Shown piece after piece: positions 59,895 through 64,000 of a DNA stretch of 64,000 nucleotides. The first letter of the stretch is position 1, and each line of letters opens with the position of its first letter. Origin of the DNA: an uncultured delta proteobacterium. GTDB lineage: Bacteria > Desulfobacterota > Binatia > Binatales > Binataceae. The stretch spans positions 288,001 through 352,000 of the forward strand of contig CAVRVY010000004.1 of NCBI GenBank assembly GCA_963724765.1. Direction: 5' to 3'. The position numbers and the translations under genes were made by a program. Under the pieces are notes generated by a model. It was given only the letters and a program-made list of their open reading frames with translations, was not told where the DNA came from and ran no database searches.

Positions 59895-61682
59895 GTGAAC
59901 AATTTCGCGACGCTGGCCGAACTCTTCAGCGCACAGGCTGAGCGGCTTGGCGATCGGGTCTTCTTACGGGCCAAGACCGCCAAGGTATGGCGCGACCACT
60001 CCTGGAACGACATCGCCGATGAAGCGGGGCGTCTGCGCGCCGGCCTGTTCGACCTTGGACTGGAGCGCGGCGATCGGATCGCAATCCTGTCGGAGAACTG
60101 TCCGCGCTGGGTGGTGGTCGACCAGGCGGCGCTCGGGATGGGCGCGGTGGTCGTGCCGTTGTACACCACGGCCGGCGCCGAGGAGACGCGCCATATCCTC
60201 GCCGATTCCGCCGCGAGTCTCGTCGCGGTCAACGGCGATGCGGCGGCGGCCAAGATCGTGGAAATGGCGCGGCAGCTGCCCGACCTCCAAGGCATCATCC
60301 AGATGACGCCCTCCCAAGGTGCGCCGCCCTCATACGGCGCGATGGGCAAACTCAGGAGTTTCACCTTCTCGCAGGTGACCGCCCATCCCGTAGAACCGCC
60401 GATCGCCGGCTCGCGCGAGGACCTGGCGACGCTCATCTACACCTCCGGCACCACCGGACCATCCAAGGGCGCGATGCTCACCCATGGCAATCTGCTGGCC
60501 AATAGCGAATCGTCGCAGGCGGCGCTCGATCTCAATGAGCAGGACACGACGCTGTCATTCCTGCCGATCGCCCACTCGTTCGAGCGCACGGCCGGCTACT
60601 ATACGGTGGTGCTGGCGGGCGGCACGATCTCCTACGCCGAAGGGTTGGGGCAGATCGCACAAAATCTGCTCGAAGTGAACCCGACTATTGTGCTCACCGT
60701 GCCGCGGGTGCTGGAGGCCGTCTACGCGCGCGTGATGCGCACGGTGGAGGCGGGATCGGGGGTGCGGCGCGCGCTGTTCAAAGCCGCAATCGCGACTGGA
60801 GCGCACGCGGCGGCCTATCGGCACGAGGGCCAGAGCGTGCCCGTCCGCTTGGCGGCCCCGATGGCGCTGTTTCGCAGCCTGGTGTTCGATCGCATCCGGG
60901 CGATCTTCGGCACCCGGCTGCGCTATCTCATCTCAGGCGGCGCGCCGCTGCCGCGCGATATCTTCCGCTTCCTGGCCGCCGCCGAAGTCCCGATCGTCGA
61001 GGGCTACGGGCTGACCGAGGCCTCGCCGGTGGTCTCGGTGAACCTGCACGGCCACACCAGGATTGGCACCGTGGGCCGCGCGATCAGGGACGTCGAGGTC
61101 CGCACCGCGCCCGACGGCGAATTGCTGGTGCGCGGGCCCAACGTGATGGCGGGCTATTACAAGCTGGAGGCCGAAACCCGCGAGGCGCTCGACCACGACG
61201 GATGGCTCTATACGGGCGACATCGCGCGCATCGACAGCGACGGCTACATCACCATCACCGACCGCAAGAAGGAAATCATCGTGCTCTCCGGCGGCAAGAA
61301 CGTCTCACCCGCCAACCTGGAGAGCCGGTTGAACTCCGATCCGGCGATCGCGCAGGCCTGCGTAATCGGAGATCGGCGCAAGCACCTGGCCGCCCTGCTG
61401 GTGCCTGACTTCGAGTTCCTGGCCACGCAGCCCGCGTTAAAGCTGATCGCAATGCGCCCGCCTGAGCAGGCGGTCGCCGACCCCGCGCTGCGCGCGTTCT
61501 ACCACGCCCGGGTACGCGAGCTTAACAAGGGATTGTCGGACATCGAGACGATCGTCGCCTTCGCGCTGCTGGCGCGCCCGTTCGGGCAGGAAAACGGCGA
61601 GCTTACGCCGACGCTCAAGCTGCGGCGCAAGGTGGTAATCGAACACTACCGTGACTTGATCGAATCGCTATACGGAGCATAG
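59895..61682 (+). CDS. Long-chain fatty acid--CoA ligase
   Basis: YTSGTTG.SKG, EGYGLTE, WLYTGD, DRKKE, TPTLK. Confidence 0.95.
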   Translation: MNNFATLAELFSAQAERLGDRVFLRAKTAKVWRDHSWNDIADEAGRLRAGLFDLGLERGDRIAILSENCPRWVVVDQAALGMGAVVVPLYTTAGAEETRHILADSAASLVAVNGDAAAAKIVEMARQLPDLQGIIQMTPSQGAPPSYGAMGKLRSFTFSQVTAHPVEPPIAGSREDLATLIYTSGTTGPSKGAMLTHGNLLANSESSQAALDLNEQDTTLSFLPIAHSFERTAGYYTVVLAGGTISYAEGLGQIAQNLLEVNPTIVLTVPRVLEAVYARVMRTVEAGSGVRRALFKAAIATGAHAAAYRHEGQSVPVRLAAPMALFRSLVFDRIRAIFGTRLRYLISGGAPLPRDIFRFLAAAEVPIVEGYGLTEASPVVSVNLHGHTRIGTVGRAIRDVEVRTAPDGELLVRGPNVMAGYYKLEAETREALDHDGWLYTGDIARIDSDGYITITDRKKEIIVLSGGKNVSPANLESRLNSDPAIAQACVIGDRRKHLAALLVPDFEFLATQPALKLIAMRPPEQAVADPALRAFYHARVRELNKGLSDIETIVAFALLARPFGQENGELTPTLKLRRKVVIEHYRDLIESLYGA

Positions 61683-61710
61683 CTGTGATGCGGCGCGGCC
61701 GAGGAAACAG

Positions 61711-62478
61711 TTACTCGGCCAGGTAATAATCGATGGTCGATACCAGGCGCAATTTCTTTTCGATCGACGCGCGCTCCTCGACCTGATTGGGCACTTCGCC
61801 GTCGCGGCTCATCACCTGGAAGACGCCCTCACTGGCGCGCCGGATTGCGCCGAGATGGCTGTTGGAATCGGTCGCGAACTGCTGCGCCAGGGAGCGCGCG
61901 CTCTTGGTCGCCTGCGCCAGCATCGCGGGCCGGATATCGCCCAGGCGCGTGAAGAGATAGGCGGGGTTAGCGGCGCCGCCATCGATCGGCCGCCCGTCAA
62001 GTACTACGCCCTGTCGAATCAGTTCGCCAGTCATCTGGCTCGCGGCGCGCACCGCATCGACCTTGGTGGTACGAATCTCGAAGCCCGCGGTGATGACGTA
62101 GCGCCGGGCGGCCTCGATGTTGGGCGGCCCAATCAAAGTGGCGAAAGCGAACTGGTCGTTGATCCGGGTCGGCAGAGGCTCGATTTCGCGGTCGGTAAAG
62201 CCGGACTTTGCGATGAACGCGCGCACCAGGTCGAGGTCGCGCTCGCTGGCGGTGCTGACCGCGCTGACATCGGCGCCAGTCGCGTTGAAGCTCAAGCTCC
62301 ACACGGCGAGGTCGGCCTTGACGTAGCGTTCGGCCAACCCCTTGACGCTGACGTAGCGCTCGGCGCGCCGTCCCTGGTAGAAGCCCTGGCCGACGAAGTA
62401 GCCGCCGAGCGCCGCTCCGACCCCGACCAAAAGGCCGAGAATCACCGCGGCTGGAAACGAGATCGATCCGCGTGCCAT
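61711..62478 (-). CDS. SIMPL (DUF541) domain protein
   Basis: R.VSVKGLAER.VKAD, A.QFA.DS, KKLRLVSTIDY. Confidence 0.88.
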   Translation of the reverse strand: MARGSISFPAAVILGLLVGVGAALGGYFVGQGFYQGRRAERYVSVKGLAERYVKADLAVWSLSFNATGADVSAVSTASERDLDLVRAFIAKSGFTDREIEPLPTRINDQFAFATLIGPPNIEAARRYVITAGFEIRTTKVDAVRAASQMTGELIRQGVVLDGRPIDGGAANPAYLFTRLGDIRPAMLAQATKSARSLAQQFATDSNSHLGAIRRASEGVFQVMSRDGEVPNQVEERASIEKKLRLVSTIDYYLAE

Positions 62479-62492
62479 TTTTTTTGCGGAAA

Positions 62493-62996
62493 TCAGCTCT
62501 GCGAGTTCTCGTCGCTCTCAAGCGCGAGGATCGTGTGAATGGTGACCAGGCGCTTGACCATGTAAGAGCGTTTGCCGCGCGGCGTCTGGACCTCGATGTC
62601 GTCCTGCTCGGCCTTGCCGATCAATGCGCGCCCCAGCGGCGAGGAGAGCGAGATACGATTGGCGGCTCCGTCGACTTCTTCCGGCACCACTATCTCGTAT
62701 TCGACTCTGACGCTTTCGTCGAGGTCTTCGAGCTCGACCCGGCTTCCCAGGCCCACCGTGTCGCGCGGGATTGAGTCGAGGTTGATTCGCGCAAGCTCGG
62801 AGACGCGCTCCTCGAGGTTGGCCAACCGCGCGCGCAGGAATTCCTGACGCTGCTTGGCCATCGCCCACTCGGCGTTCTCCGAGAGGTCGCCGTGCGCGCG
62901 CGCCCGCTCCAACTCCTTGGGGAGTTCGACGGTCAGCTCGCGCTTGAGATTATCCATGTCCTTGCGCAGCCGCTTGACTACTGGAAGTTCAGCCAT
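62493..62996 (-). CDS. greA: Transcription elongation factor GreA/GreB
   Basis: AHGDLSENAE, IS..SPLGRALIG. Confidence 0.92.
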   Translation of the reverse strand: MAELPVVKRLRKDMDNLKRELTVELPKELERARAHGDLSENAEWAMAKQRQEFLRARLANLEERVSELARINLDSIPRDTVGLGSRVELEDLDESVRVEYEIVVPEEVDGAANRISLSSPLGRALIGKAEQDDIEVQTPRGKRSYMVKRLVTIHTILALESDENSQS

Positions 62997-63069
62997 TGCT
63001 CTCCTGAAGGCGCGACTTCTAAATATGGGATCGTTCGAAGTGGCCCGACTGCTGCGCGCCGGCGCGCCG

Positions 63070-63303
63070 CTAGTCGGCGACGATCGAAGTCAGGCTGCGA
63101 TTAACCCCTGGCACGCTCTGGATTTTCTGCACCACCAATTCGCCCAGCGAAGAGACGTCGTTCGCCTCGGCCACGGCGATGATGTCGTGGGGGCCGGTGA
63201 CCGCGTGGGCACTGGAGATTCCCGCCACCTGCCGGAGCTTGGTTGCCACTTCCCTGGCCTTGCCCGGCGAGGTGTCGACGAGGATGAACGCTTTGACCGA
63301 CAT
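63070..63303 (-). CDS. Stand-alone Lrp/AsnC ligand-binding domain protein
   Basis: KAFILV…VTGPHDII…GV.RSLTSI; ATG after GGAGG. Confidence 0.88.
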   Translation of the reverse strand: MSVKAFILVDTSPGKAREVATKLRQVAGISSAHAVTGPHDIIAVAEANDVSSLGELVVQKIQSVPGVNRSLTSIVAD

Positions 63304-63395
63304 CTGCTGTTCCTCCTTGAATAATCTGCTTGGCGAATTTCGCTGACCAGTTCGCCCGGCGAAATTTACACCGGCCCCCGCGCGCCGAAACTCTG

Positions 63396-64000
63396 CTAGC
63401 GCGCCACCGGCGGAATTGCGACGCCCTGTTCCGTGTACATATAAAAGCCGCGGCCGGCCTTGCGCCCCAGGTAACCGGCATCGACGTATTTCTTGAGCAA
63501 CGGACACGGCCGGTACTTGTCGTCGCCGAACGTGCGATGCATCACCTCCATGATCGCAAGACAGGTGTCGAGCCCGATGAGGTCCGCCAGCTCCAGCGGG
63601 CCCATCGGCTGATTGGTGCCGAGCTTCATCGCGATGTCGATATCGCTGACACCGCCGACGCCCTCGTACATCGTGTAGATCGCCTCGTTGATCATCGGCA
63701 GCAGCACGCGGTTGACGATAAAGCCGGGGAAGTCCTCGGCGGTCATCGTGGTCTTGCCCAGCCGCTCGGCCAGCGTGCGAGTCTGCTCGAAGGTCTCCTG
63801 CGAGGTCGCCAGGCCGCGGATGATCTCGACCAGCCTCATCGCCGGCACCGGATTCATGAAGTGCATCCCGATGAAGCGCGGCGCGCGACTGGTGCGCGCG
63901 GCCATCCTGGTGATTGAAATCGAGGAAGTGTTGGAGGCAAAAATGATTTCGGGCGGGCAGACCTTGTCGAGCTTGTGGAACAGCTCGATCTTGGCCTCTT
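63396..64000 (-). CDS. hbd: 3-hydroxybutyryl-CoA dehydrogenase, 5' truncated by window
   Basis: ASNTSSISIT, GMHFMNP, PGFIVNR, PMGPL.LAD.IGLD, LGRK.GRGFY. Confidence 0.93.
   Translation of the reverse strand, partial: EAKIELFHKLDKVCPPEIIFASNTSSISITRMAARTSRAPRFIGMHFMNPVPAMRLVEIIRGLATSQETFEQTRTLAERLGKTTMTAEDFPGFIVNRVLLPMINEAIYTMYEGVGGVSDIDIAMKLGTNQPMGPLELADLIGLDTCLAIMEVMHRTFGDDKYRPCPLLKKYVDAGYLGRKAGRGFYMYTEQGVAIPPVAR

Overview
A GC-rich bacterial chromosome segment. Its gene content (DUF1329 and MMPL proteins, many CoA/fatty-acid enzymes, sigma54 two-component system) resembles Candidatus Binatia or a related deltaproteobacterial-like soil lineage, but this taxonomy is inference only. The core genes include ClC, aminotransferase, CaiB, degQ, nadA/nrtR, mlaEFD, frdABCD, tyrS, ctaA/ctaB, greA and hbd. 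Accessory blocks encode Pro/Thr-stalked secreted proteins, an orphan Tad minor-pilin cassette, two ice-binding-like (DUF3494) Ig-repeat lipoproteins, a frameshifted toxin-antitoxin pair and gene remnants. The most notable unannotated signal is a ~250-400 bp non-coding module found three times (~12.26, 44.95 and 47.37 kb), each upstream of a secreted stalked surface protein. It has a CAATATATTG palindromic enhancer, a GG-N10-GC sigma54 promoter and a conserved structured 5' leader (TCAATAGTCAGTCGG plus a GATTACT-capped hairpin), suggesting an undescribed regulon with a candidate new RNA motif. Other non-coding candidates are a GGA-rich CsrB/Rsm-like sRNA and a tandem double-hairpin RNA downstream of degQ. 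No rRNA, tRNA, CRISPR array or transposase was seen.
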